A stretch of 44,850 nt of DNA, taken from the NCBI GenBank assembly GCA_030837085.1, contig JAUPLE010000104.1, positions 1-44,850 on the forward strand, in the 5' to 3' direction. This stretch comes from Acidobacteriota bacterium (lineage in GTDB: Bacteria > Acidobacteriota > Aminicenantia > UBA2199). The notes under the pieces are model-generated. The model made no database searches. It saw only the letters and a program-made list of their open reading frames with translations, and was not told where the DNA came from. Of the stretch, positions 19,801 to 28,349 are shown piece after piece. The position numbers were made by a program, and so were the translations under genes. Position 1 is the first letter of the stretch. Each line of letters starts with the position of its first letter.

Positions 19801-21606
19801 CAACACACCCAGGATACTGATTACACATCCCGGGGAATTTTGCATTATCAATCCGACTACTACATTTGCGCCCACGCCCTTCTCCATTAAGGTATATGCT
19901 AACTTATCGGATTGTTTATTCAATTCGTGGTAACTTAAATGAAGTTCTTCCAGCCCAAATGCTGTATTTCCAGGTCTCTGCCTTACCTGGTCTTCAAATA
20001 ATCTATGAATACCCATGTCCGTGGGGTATTCGCTTTTTGTATCATTAAAATGGAATAGAATCTGCCGCTTCTCTTCTCCGGTGATTAATTCGATATCCGC
20101 TATTCTTATCGATGATTTTTCTACAAGAATGGATATGAGTTTTTTAAAATAACTGATGAAGCGTTCGATGGTGTTTGCTTTAAACAATTTCGATTTATAT
20201 TCGAAGCCAAACCACAAAACTTCACCAATCTCCCTGGATTTCAAACTGAAATCAAACTTGGATATATACTGCTTATAATTATAAGGCTCCAGCCTCAAAC
20301 CAGAAACTTCGATAGGTTCGGGTTTCATGTTTTGCAGCCCAAACATAACATCAAATATAGGATTACGACCGCTGTCCCTATTGACAACAACTTTTTTAAC
20401 CAGTTCGTCATACGGGTAATCCTGGTTTTCAAAGGCTTCCAAAGTTCGTCCCTTAACTTCTCCCAGGAATAGTTCAAAATTTTTCTCTCCCAATGGAAAG
20501 TTGCGCAGCACCAACGTATTAACAAACATCCCCACTATATGTTCTAACTCGTTTTGCCGGCGACCTGCGATAGGTACTCCTACCAGGATATCTTCCTCTC
20601 CGCTAAGTTTATTCAAAAATATATAAAAAACAGTCAACAATACCATAAACAAACTTGCGCCTTCCTGCAGTGCATACTTTCTCAGAACCCTGGTGCAATC
20701 TGCATTTACTTCAAAGTCAACCTGCTTTCCCTCAAAGTTTTGCTCTTTTGAACGGGGAAAATCTATAGGTAAAGCCATTACCGGAATTTCTCCAGCGAAT
20801 TCTTTTAACCAGTACGATTCCTGTTTCTGTATCATTTCTCTCATAAGTGGACTTTGCAGCCACTCTGCAAAATCTTTGTATTGTATTTTGAGCTCGGGTA
20901 ACTCTTTCTCATTGTAAATTTCCATTAAATCTTTATTAATCAAATATACAGTAATTCCATCCAGGATAATATGATGAACATCGACCAGTAAAATATATTC
21001 ATTCTCTTCTTCTTTCAGCAATGCCACCCGTAATTGACACTTTTGCGCTAAATCGAAGGGACGATGAAAAGCTTTTATTATAATCTCCTTTGAAGGGATC
21101 GAATGAGGTGAATGGGGTGAATACCTTGAACTGTCAAGATCTTTTCCGCCACTGATGAGAGCCCACTGGCCATTGATTTTTTTTTCATAATACACGAGCT
21201 CAAATTCTGAGTTATCATGAATCCTCTGGACAACTTCTCCTTCTATCATCTCAAATGACGTTCTTAATCCTTCATGCCTATTTACTAATATCCGGAAAGT
21301 GTTTTCAATTCTGTCTTTATCGATATTTCCCGTTACTTTTAATATCGACATGTTATTGTAACTTACACCGGTTTCATCCACTTGCCACAAGATATACATT
21401 CGTTTTTGGGCCGATGACAATGGATAGTATTCTTTCTTTTCAACAGGTTTTATTATAGGATATATACCTTTTTTTTGTCCTTTTAAATGGCTTTGAATCG
21501 CGGTTAGTTTTGAAATATCTATATTTTTATTTTGATTTTTCAATTTCAACTCAAGAAGTTCTTTTTGTTTAGGGGTCAAATTTGATATACGTTGGGCTAA
21601 GTCCAT
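16810..21606 (-). CDS. NRPS, 1598 aa: C-A(Tyr/aromatic-like)-T-C
   Basis: HHIILDG, YTSGTTGKPKG, NEYGPTE, GGHSI and a terminal C with HHIISDL. Code DGSSVAEVTK resembles the fengycin-type Tyr code DGTLTAEVAK as recalled. Confidence 0.93.
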   Translation of the reverse strand: MDLAQRISNLTPKQKELLELKLKNQNKNIDISKLTAIQSHLKGQKKGIYPIIKPVEKKEYYPLSSAQKRMYILWQVDETGVSYNNMSILKVTGNIDKDRIENTFRILVNRHEGLRTSFEMIEGEVVQRIHDNSEFELVYYEKKINGQWALISGGKDLDSSRYSPHSPHSIPSKEIIIKAFHRPFDLAQKCQLRVALLKEEENEYILLVDVHHIILDGITVYLINKDLMEIYNEKELPELKIQYKDFAEWLQSPLMREMIQKQESYWLKEFAGEIPVMALPIDFPRSKEQNFEGKQVDFEVNADCTRVLRKYALQEGASLFMVLLTVFYIFLNKLSGEEDILVGVPIAGRRQNELEHIVGMFVNTLVLRNFPLGEKNFELFLGEVKGRTLEAFENQDYPYDELVKKVVVNRDSGRNPIFDVMFGLQNMKPEPIEVSGLRLEPYNYKQYISKFDFSLKSREIGEVLWFGFEYKSKLFKANTIERFISYFKKLISILVEKSSIRIADIELITGEEKRQILFHFNDTKSEYPTDMGIHRLFEDQVRQRPGNTAFGLEELHLSYHELNKQSDKLAYTLMEKGVGANVVVGLIMQNSPGCVISILGVLKAGGAYLPLDPDYPEERKNYIISDSNIKILLTDVPFRGYPHGVFSGKSMETISLCNIDLSGYAGENDNHDVPGTTCTPSNLAYIIYTSGTTGKPKGSLIEHRGLVNYIYWRLKTYHYTIRDVTLQLLSYCFDGFGSNFYSSLCSGGMLLYIPESKRLDYKYINKVIKLRCVTNISLVPGMYDAMLDAAETGNLVTFRFVVLAGERTWGNLLIKSRELNANLVHVNEYGPTEGTVTAAANTALSPGNTSIIGKPISNVGVYILNSSQKIVPIGVTGEMHIAGAGITRGYLNNPLLTAEKFSNFYHSSIIHHSKLYKTGDLARWLEDGNIEFLGRVDHQVKIRGYRFELGEIEAQLLKHEKIKETVVITRDESVIRGASNSGKYLCAYIISREKLHEVDLKTFLSTKLPAYMIPSYFISIEKIPLTPNGKINRNALPVPEIRGGFISPRDEIEEKLARIWSQVLEIEKRDIGIDHNFFQLGGHSIKVSVQAAKIQKEFNLKLSMEHLFSAPTIRELGQLIKGLIGTNEYRYVSLEPVEKKEYYVLSSAQKRLFILQQMELESTVYNVPQVVSLELVTGINEKKLEQVIPRILDRHESFRTSFEIIDEKPVQRIHETQQVDFKLEYFHLEEGDNEAQVLKSIESIFRKFVRPFKLSQAPLIRLGLITVGEHKYFLMIDMHHIISDLISQIILRREFFTLMEGRDLPPLRIQYKDYAEWQNSEAQLKSVRLQEEYWLKEYQGRIPLLNLPLDYDRGKVLSFEGDSISFSVDGALNSKVRELAGKLEVTLMMFLFSIYKLLLARLGGQEELVVGTVAAVRPHTDLENIVGFFVNMLPIKTNPGLDKSFSQYLQEVKEKAVKAYENQGYPFEELVNKLDLPREQGRHPLVDAVFAFGNDLENEEDRKRRISQQSSGFTGFNITHFDLLLYAADEPDSIQMRLQYSTDLFNISTIEDIAKFYLDILEQVVEKPVIKLREIVLDLRLSTSSSAIIEEDANTWEL
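18869..18893. repeat. GAATGAT 7-bp array, in frame
   Basis: GAATGAT GAATGAT GGAT GAATGAT; encodes YHSSIIHHS. Confidence 0.78.
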
Positions 21607-21665
21607 ATTGAGTACTCCTTATCCTGAAAATGAAACAAACTTGCTGAAGTGCATTGTCATTGTTT

Positions 21666-24600
21666 TTATGGTTTGGTGGACGTTTGCAACCAGGCAGAAA
21701 GCGCCCTGATAGTAGGATTTTTAAAAGCTTCCAGCAAAGGTATAACAGAATTAAATTCCTTTTGTATCATAGAAACTAAAATGGTGATATTTAATGAATG
21801 CCCCCCAAGGCCAAAAAAATTATCATCAATTCCAATAGAATCTTTTTCTATGGCTAATAGCTCCGACCAGATTTCCGCCATTTTGATTTCTATTTTGTTA
21901 GTAGGAATACAATAAGCACTCCTGTGCTCATAATGTTCATATTTCGGTTCTGGAAGTGCTTTTCGGTCAATTTTCCCATTGGGAGTTAGTGGAAGCTTTT
22001 TCAAGGAAATAAAATATGACGGTATCATGTATTCAGGCAATCTACCGCTAAGATATTCTTTCAACTCCGATACCTGGATTTCATGCTCTGGGACAAAATA
22101 GGCACATAAATATTTATTGACATTCCCGTTGAGTTCATTGGCTATATTGGTTGTTTTTACAATTACAGCCGCTTCTTTGATTTCTTTATGATTCAATAAT
22201 TGACTTTCAATTTCCCCAAGTTCAATCCGGTTTCCTCTTATTTTGACCTGGGAATCTAATCTTCCCAGGCATTCGATGTTCCCATCAGCTCGGAAATACC
22301 CTAGATCTCCTGTTTTGTATAACACCTTATAATCTTCGTAATCTTCATTATCCAAAACATCTAGATGGGGATTTGGGATAAACACAGCGTCTGTCTTTTC
22401 CCTATTCTTCCAATATCCTTTCCCCACTCCGATTCCTGCTACACAAATCTCACCCACCACCCCAATGGGACATAGTGATAAATATTTATCCAAGATATAA
22501 ATACGGAGGTTTTGCAGCGGTTTTCCGATAGGAACAGTTGTCTGAAACTCAGAAGGTATACCGGGAGTGAAATAGTGGGTAACATTATCCGATGTTTCAG
22601 TTGGTCCATACGCATTGACCAGCGGAATACTGGGGTAATTCCTATACCATTCTCTCACCAATTGGGGACTTAAAGCTTCACCGATGGAAATCATCCACCT
22701 AAGATGTATAAGGCTGATGAACGACTTATCCTCAACCCGCGCAACAACCTCAAGAAAAGCACTAATTTGCGATGGTACTAATTCCAGGATCGTTATCCTC
22801 TCCAATTGGAGGACTCTTAAAAATTCTCTTAAATCCAAAAAAATCATTTTATCGATAATAGTGGTGGTTCCTCCCACCAATAACGCAGTTAAAAATTGCC
22901 ATACTGATATATCGAAACATGCGGAAGCAGTTTGAGCAATCTTATCTTCACTGGTAATGGACAAATCATGGATCATGGCATAAAGATGGTTAAGCATCCC
23001 CAATTGATGAATCATCACTCCTTTAGGTTTTCCTGTGGTCCCCGAAGTATATATTACATATGTTAGGCGCTGCAGCGAAAACCTATCAGGTTCGCTGAAT
23101 GACTGTGGTGAAACATTTGTCTCCGATATCACTGCCCCAAGAATTGTCCCTATGTCATCCGCAGTTAATAAATTTATTGTTTCACTGTCTTTCAGGATGA
23201 AATCAATTCTTTCACGGGGGTAATCCGGGTCAATGGGTAAATAGGCACCGCCAGCTTTAAAGATCCCCAATATCCCGGTCATCATCTCTATTGAACGCTC
23301 CATCATAACTGCTACCATTTTATCGGGTTTAACTCCTTTTATTTTTAAGTGGAAAGCTAACCGATCGGCGTTTCCATTTAATTCTCGGTAGGTGAGATGC
23401 ATGAACCGCTGTCGCCAGGCAACTACATTAATTGAATTTTTAAGGGATAGTAAAGGCTTCAAGCCCAGGAAAGGTCCGCTAAGAGCAATACGATCCGGTG
23501 TCCTATATACCTGGTCATCAAATAAATATGGATAATCCTTGTCCCGGGAAAGATTATTTTTTGTATTATTAAAGTCATATAATATTTTCCTTTTCTCTTC
23601 CTCGGGAATTATTTCAATTTCAGATATTTTTATTGCCGGCTGTTTTCCAACGATGTCCATTATGCGTTTGAAATAAGAAATAAACCTCCAAATGGTTTCC
23701 TCTTTAAATAATTTTGTACAATATAATAGTTTGAAAAATAATTCTTTATATGTGCCTTCGATATGTAAATATATATCAAAGCCTACTCGTTTGGATTTCC
23801 ACATAGATAATTGATCTATGTTTAAACCTTGCATTTTTATTTCTTCGGTTTCCAGAAAACTAAAATTATAAAGTACATCAAAGAGGGGATTGCGGCCAAG
23901 ATCTCTTTCCATCAGGATTTTGCCCACCAGTTCTTCATATTGATACTCTTGATTTTTATAAGCTTCCAAAGTATGGGCATTCACTTCTGATAATAAGCGG
24001 TTAAACGCTTTATCGCCGCAGGGATAGTTCCGCAATACTAATAACCTGGTGAATATGCCGATCATATCATTAAGAACCGGTTGATTACGGCTGGATATTG
24101 GAGTTCCCACTACAATATCCTCTTGCCCACATATTTTGGCCAGAAAAATATTAAGAATGGTTAATAAGATGACATTTACCGTTGTATTCTCGGTTATTGA
24201 AATCTCTATCAATTTTTTAATTTCTTCCTCATGCATTTTAAAGAGTACTTGATCTGCTTCTCGAGTTTTTATTGATGGCCTAGGAAAATCAGTGGGCAGA
24301 CTCAGTACAGGAACCTCATCTTTAAACTGGTTCAACCAGTATTCTTCCTGTTTTTTCCGGATTTCAATACCCAATAAACTCTCCAGAAACCATTTCCGCT
24401 GCCAACAGGAATAGTCAGCATATTGGTAAGGAAGTTCAGATAAACCGGGAACCGACGGTTTCCCTTGTGTGAATGCGTTGTAAAAATAGGCCAATTCTTC
24501 AAAAAAAATCTTTGTAGAAATTACATCGCTTATAAGATGATGCATAGCTATAAAAAAGATATGCTGATATGCATCCAATTCAAACAATAACGTCTTTATT

Positions 24601-25070
24601 AAGGGCCCCTGTATTAAATCAAAATTATGCAGACTTTGGTCATCCATTAACTGCTCTAACCTATAGTTTTGCTCTTCTTTCGATAAATCCCTCCAATTAA
24701 CGTATTCCCACTGGAGATTTAACGAAGGGAGGATTTCCTGGACCGGCTTATCTTTGTGAATCACAAATACCGTTCGCAGGATTTCATGCCGTTTCACTAT
24801 TTCGTTTATACTTTTTTCTAATACCTCTTTATTTAAATCTCCTTCCAATTTAATCCCACATACTATATCATAGGTGGCGTTATTCGGTTCATATTGCTCC
24901 ATAAACCACATAGGCTCCTGTTCCAGGGAAAGGGGAAGATATTCAAAATCCTTTCTATTTTCCCGTGAAAGAGGAATCTGATAAATATCAAAATTCTGCT
25001 TTTTAATTCTTAATTCCAGGAGTTTCTGTTGTGCCGGGGTTAATTTTGATATACGCTGTGCTAAATCCAT
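21666..25070 (-). CDS. NRPS, 1134 aa: C-A(diamino-acid-like)-T
   Basis: HHLISDV, FDISVWQ, NAYGPTETSDN and GGHSL. Code DIWEIIADNK is near the Dab-type DIWELTADDK as recalled. Confidence 0.93.
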   Translation of the reverse strand: MDLAQRISKLTPAQQKLLELRIKKQNFDIYQIPLSRENRKDFEYLPLSLEQEPMWFMEQYEPNNATYDIVCGIKLEGDLNKEVLEKSINEIVKRHEILRTVFVIHKDKPVQEILPSLNLQWEYVNWRDLSKEEQNYRLEQLMDDQSLHNFDLIQGPLIKTLLFELDAYQHIFFIAMHHLISDVISTKIFFEELAYFYNAFTQGKPSVPGLSELPYQYADYSCWQRKWFLESLLGIEIRKKQEEYWLNQFKDEVPVLSLPTDFPRPSIKTREADQVLFKMHEEEIKKLIEISITENTTVNVILLTILNIFLAKICGQEDIVVGTPISSRNQPVLNDMIGIFTRLLVLRNYPCGDKAFNRLLSEVNAHTLEAYKNQEYQYEELVGKILMERDLGRNPLFDVLYNFSFLETEEIKMQGLNIDQLSMWKSKRVGFDIYLHIEGTYKELFFKLLYCTKLFKEETIWRFISYFKRIMDIVGKQPAIKISEIEIIPEEEKRKILYDFNNTKNNLSRDKDYPYLFDDQVYRTPDRIALSGPFLGLKPLLSLKNSINVVAWRQRFMHLTYRELNGNADRLAFHLKIKGVKPDKMVAVMMERSIEMMTGILGIFKAGGAYLPIDPDYPRERIDFILKDSETINLLTADDIGTILGAVISETNVSPQSFSEPDRFSLQRLTYVIYTSGTTGKPKGVMIHQLGMLNHLYAMIHDLSITSEDKIAQTASACFDISVWQFLTALLVGGTTTIIDKMIFLDLREFLRVLQLERITILELVPSQISAFLEVVARVEDKSFISLIHLRWMISIGEALSPQLVREWYRNYPSIPLVNAYGPTETSDNVTHYFTPGIPSEFQTTVPIGKPLQNLRIYILDKYLSLCPIGVVGEICVAGIGVGKGYWKNREKTDAVFIPNPHLDVLDNEDYEDYKVLYKTGDLGYFRADGNIECLGRLDSQVKIRGNRIELGEIESQLLNHKEIKEAAVIVKTTNIANELNGNVNKYLCAYFVPEHEIQVSELKEYLSGRLPEYMIPSYFISLKKLPLTPNGKIDRKALPEPKYEHYEHRSAYCIPTNKIEIKMAEIWSELLAIEKDSIGIDDNFFGLGGHSLNITILVSMIQKEFNSVIPLLEAFKNPTIRALSAWLQTSTKP

Positions 25071-25089
25071 ACTTTGTTCTCCTCATTTC

Positions 25090-28000
25090 CTATTTTTCTT
25101 CTGAAAGGGCAATTTGAACATCATCCTGGGAAAGCCCTTCTATTTCATTTAATAGGGATTCAAGGTCGTTAATTTCCTCGCTTTTGTTTTTTTCTGAAAA
25201 TGCCAATCGAGCAATAGCCGCAATGGTAGGGTTTTCAAATATTGTTTTCAATTCCAGCCGTACTTCGATTTCTTCGTGCAACCTTGATAAGAAAAGAGTT
25301 GCTAATAATGAATGACCTCCCAATTCAAAAAAATTATCCTCTATCCCGATGGGCCTTATGCCCAAGATTTCTTCCCATATCATAGTTATCTGCTTCTCAA
25401 GTTCATTATTAGGCGGTACATAAATCGTCTTTAATTGGGGCCGTGCTTTCACGGTTTCTTTTTCTTCGTTCTTTAGTTCTTTCTTTTCTTCCTGCGAAGT
25501 GGACATAAATTCACTGGGCATTCCTGTTCCAGGTCCTGTTGGTTCTTTTTTTTCTATTTCCAATTCTTTTTCAGGCCTGGGTTTAAATCGGGTCTCAGGC
25601 TGGATTTCTTTATCTCCCTCCAACCAGTATCGCTCTCGTTCAAAGGGGTAAGTTGGCAGAGGAATCCGATGACGTTTCTCATCCCGATAGAAGTTGTTCC
25701 AATTAGTTGAAACACCCGATAACCATAGTTTCCCAAGAGTTTTCAGTAAAAAGGCTATATCCGATTCTTTTTGATCGGCATTGCGAATAGAGGAAAACAT
25801 AGCTTTCCTTGATTCGTCTTGTTTATGCTGCTGAGCCAGGGCACATAAGGCATTGCCCGGCCCGATTTCCAGAAAAACCCGAGATGGATTCTCCAATATT
25901 TTTACTATCCCTTGTGAGAAACGAACAGGTTGACGCAGTTGTTCAAGCCAGTATTGGGTATTCTGGGCTTCTTCATCGGTCAGCCACGAACCGCTCACCC
26001 CTGAAATAATAGGTATCCGTGGAGCATTCAATTTTACTTTTTTCAATACTGCTTCATACTCTACCATTACCGGCTCCATCATCCGGGAATGAAAGGCATG
26101 TGTCGTAGCCAGGGGGCGGTACACCCAATGTCGTTCATTCAATAGACTTTTAAATCGTTCCACAGCTTCTATCGGTCCGGAAATTACGCAAAAATCCGGG
26201 CCATTGACGGCTGCCAGGCATATATCCGGCCAACCTGCGAGTACTTCCATAAGATTAGCCTCTTTAACATGAATGGCCAGCATTACGCCTGGTTCCTGCG
26301 TCTGCATTGAAGCTGACCGCGCAGCTACCAAACGTAAACCATCTTCCAGGGAAAAACAACCGGAAATACATGCTGCTGCCAATTCGCCGATACTGTGACC
26401 TATTAATCCCGCCGGGTTTATGCCCCACTCCATAAACATTTGTGAAAGAGAATATTCAACAACAAACAATGCCGGATGTGCGAGCCAGGTTTGATTGAGT
26501 TGCTCCCGACTCTTCCCCGAATCTTCTTCTACTGGGTAAATGATGCTTCTTAAATCAATCCCTAAAAGCGGGGCCAAGAATGCCGCACATTTATCGACAT
26601 TCTCCCTGAATATGGACTCCTTTTGATAAAGTTCTTTTCCCATATTAACATATTGGGAACCGGCTCCAGTGCACAAAAAAATTACAGGGCTACTAAAGTC
26701 ACTGCAAACTGAATCGATCATTCTGCCAGGGGTTCTTGATTCCATGTGGTGAATAGCATCTTCAAGGGTCTCACATAACACCATTCGCCGGAAGTTAAAA
26801 TCTCTTCTGCCTACGTTTAAGGTATAAACGAGATCAGGTAAAACCAGGTCCTCCTGAGTTTTCATAAAATTCAATATTTCATTGGTCTTCGCCTCTAGTG
26901 CTGTTTCTGTTTTAGCGGATAATAGGATTAATTGCCATTCCCTGGCAGAGCCTGACGGCTCTTGAATCGGTGCTTCCTCCAGAATCACATGGGCATTGGT
27001 CCCCCCCATGCCTATGGAAGTGATACCGGCACGCCGAGGAAAACCCCGCCCATTGGTCTTCCATTCCTGGAGCTCTGTATTCACGAAAAAAGGACTATTT
27101 TCAAAATCGATCCTTGGATTGGGCTTTTCAAAGTACAGAGATGCTGGTATTTCCTTATTATGAAGCGCTAAAGCGGTTTTAATCAAGCTGACAACTCCTG
27201 CGGCTGTGTCCACATGCCCAATATTGGTTTTGACTGACCCAATAGCGCAGAACTGCTTCTTTTCGGTATAGGATCGAAATGCCTGGATAAGTCCAGTCAT
27301 TTCAATAGGATCGCCAAGGCGGGTTGCAGTCCCATGAGTTTCTATGAATTGAATTGTCTCTGGATTTACATCAGCCATAGCCAGGGCCTGGGTAATCACT
27401 TCTGTCTGGCCATCCACACTAGGTGCACTATAGCTCACTTTCTTCGAGCCATCATTGTTAACAGCAAACCCTCTTATCACCGCCCAAATTTTATCACCAT
27501 CAGTAAGAGCATCTTCCAATCGCTTCAGCACCACCATGCCCATCCCATTAGCATGAACAAATCCCCTACCTTTGGCATCAAATGCACGTGTATGCCCGTC
27601 TGGTGACCAGATACCGTCTGTCTCATAAAAATATCCCGACTTAATAGGCGGCCCTGCTGTTATTCCCCCAGCCAACGCCATATCGCATTGATAAGTTAAT
27701 AGACTCTGGCAGGCCACACACACTGCAACCAATGACGTCGAAGATGAAGTTTGAATGGTAATCCCCGGCCCGGTCAGATTCAACCGATAAGAAATAGTGG
27801 TAGTTAGGCTGTCTTTATCATTGCCAATAGCTGCCTGTAAATAACCTGCAGTAATTTTTTTTTGCACACGAGGCAATACATTCAGAATTAAATAAAAATC
27901 CATGCTTTTCCCCGCAAAAACTCCTACGGCGCCATTATACTTACTGGAATCATAACCTGCGTGTTCCATTGCTTCCCAGGCGCACTCTAATAACAATCGG

Positions 28001-28323
28001 TGCTGAGGATCGGTCAATTCAGCCTCCCTAGGATTGATTCCAAAGAATGAAGCATCAAAAAGATCGGTGCCTTCCAATTCTCCCTTGGCTTTTACATAAT
28101 CGGGATTTTTCAAGACCTCTGGTACAATCCCTGCTTCTTCAAGCTCACGGTCGGTGTAGAACGTAATACAATCTTTACCTTCCACCAGGTTCCGCCAGAA
28201 TTCATAAATATCTTTAGCCTTTGGAAAACGACCGGCCATTCCTATAATGGCTACACCATTTGAATTTGAATTCTCATTCTTTTCATTATCAATATTACTA
28301 ACACTATTATTATTACTTATCAT
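25090..28323 (-). CDS. Type I PKS KS-AT-ACP with KS active-site Cys replaced by Ser
   Basis: KS reads QTSSSTSL with HGTAT and NIGH retained; AT has GHSIG and HAFH (malonyl type); ACP has GGHSL. The ATG at 28323 has a GGAG-type RBS just upstream, so it is preferred over the GTG at 28353. Confidence 0.92.
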   Translation of the reverse strand: MISNNNSVSNIDNEKNENSNSNGVAIIGMAGRFPKAKDIYEFWRNLVEGKDCITFYTDRELEEAGIVPEVLKNPDYVKAKGELEGTDLFDASFFGINPREAELTDPQHRLLLECAWEAMEHAGYDSSKYNGAVGVFAGKSMDFYLILNVLPRVQKKITAGYLQAAIGNDKDSLTTTISYRLNLTGPGITIQTSSSTSLVAVCVACQSLLTYQCDMALAGGITAGPPIKSGYFYETDGIWSPDGHTRAFDAKGRGFVHANGMGMVVLKRLEDALTDGDKIWAVIRGFAVNNDGSKKVSYSAPSVDGQTEVITQALAMADVNPETIQFIETHGTATRLGDPIEMTGLIQAFRSYTEKKQFCAIGSVKTNIGHVDTAAGVVSLIKTALALHNKEIPASLYFEKPNPRIDFENSPFFVNTELQEWKTNGRGFPRRAGITSIGMGGTNAHVILEEAPIQEPSGSAREWQLILLSAKTETALEAKTNEILNFMKTQEDLVLPDLVYTLNVGRRDFNFRRMVLCETLEDAIHHMESRTPGRMIDSVCSDFSSPVIFLCTGAGSQYVNMGKELYQKESIFRENVDKCAAFLAPLLGIDLRSIIYPVEEDSGKSREQLNQTWLAHPALFVVEYSLSQMFMEWGINPAGLIGHSIGELAAACISGCFSLEDGLRLVAARSASMQTQEPGVMLAIHVKEANLMEVLAGWPDICLAAVNGPDFCVISGPIEAVERFKSLLNERHWVYRPLATTHAFHSRMMEPVMVEYEAVLKKVKLNAPRIPIISGVSGSWLTDEEAQNTQYWLEQLRQPVRFSQGIVKILENPSRVFLEIGPGNALCALAQQHKQDESRKAMFSSIRNADQKESDIAFLLKTLGKLWLSGVSTNWNNFYRDEKRHRIPLPTYPFERERYWLEGDKEIQPETRFKPRPEKELEIEKKEPTGPGTGMPSEFMSTSQEEKKELKNEEKETVKARPQLKTIYVPPNNELEKQITMIWEEILGIRPIGIEDNFFELGGHSLLATLFLSRLHEEIEVRLELKTIFENPTIAAIARLAFSEKNKSEEINDLESLLNEIEGLSQDDVQIALSEEK

Positions 28324-28349
28324 GGTCTCCTCTTTTTTCTCCTTCTGTT

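Noticed and set aside
28258-28320. Asn/Ser-rich N-terminus of the PKS
   Set aside because: Ordinary low-complexity linker with no defined repeat unit.
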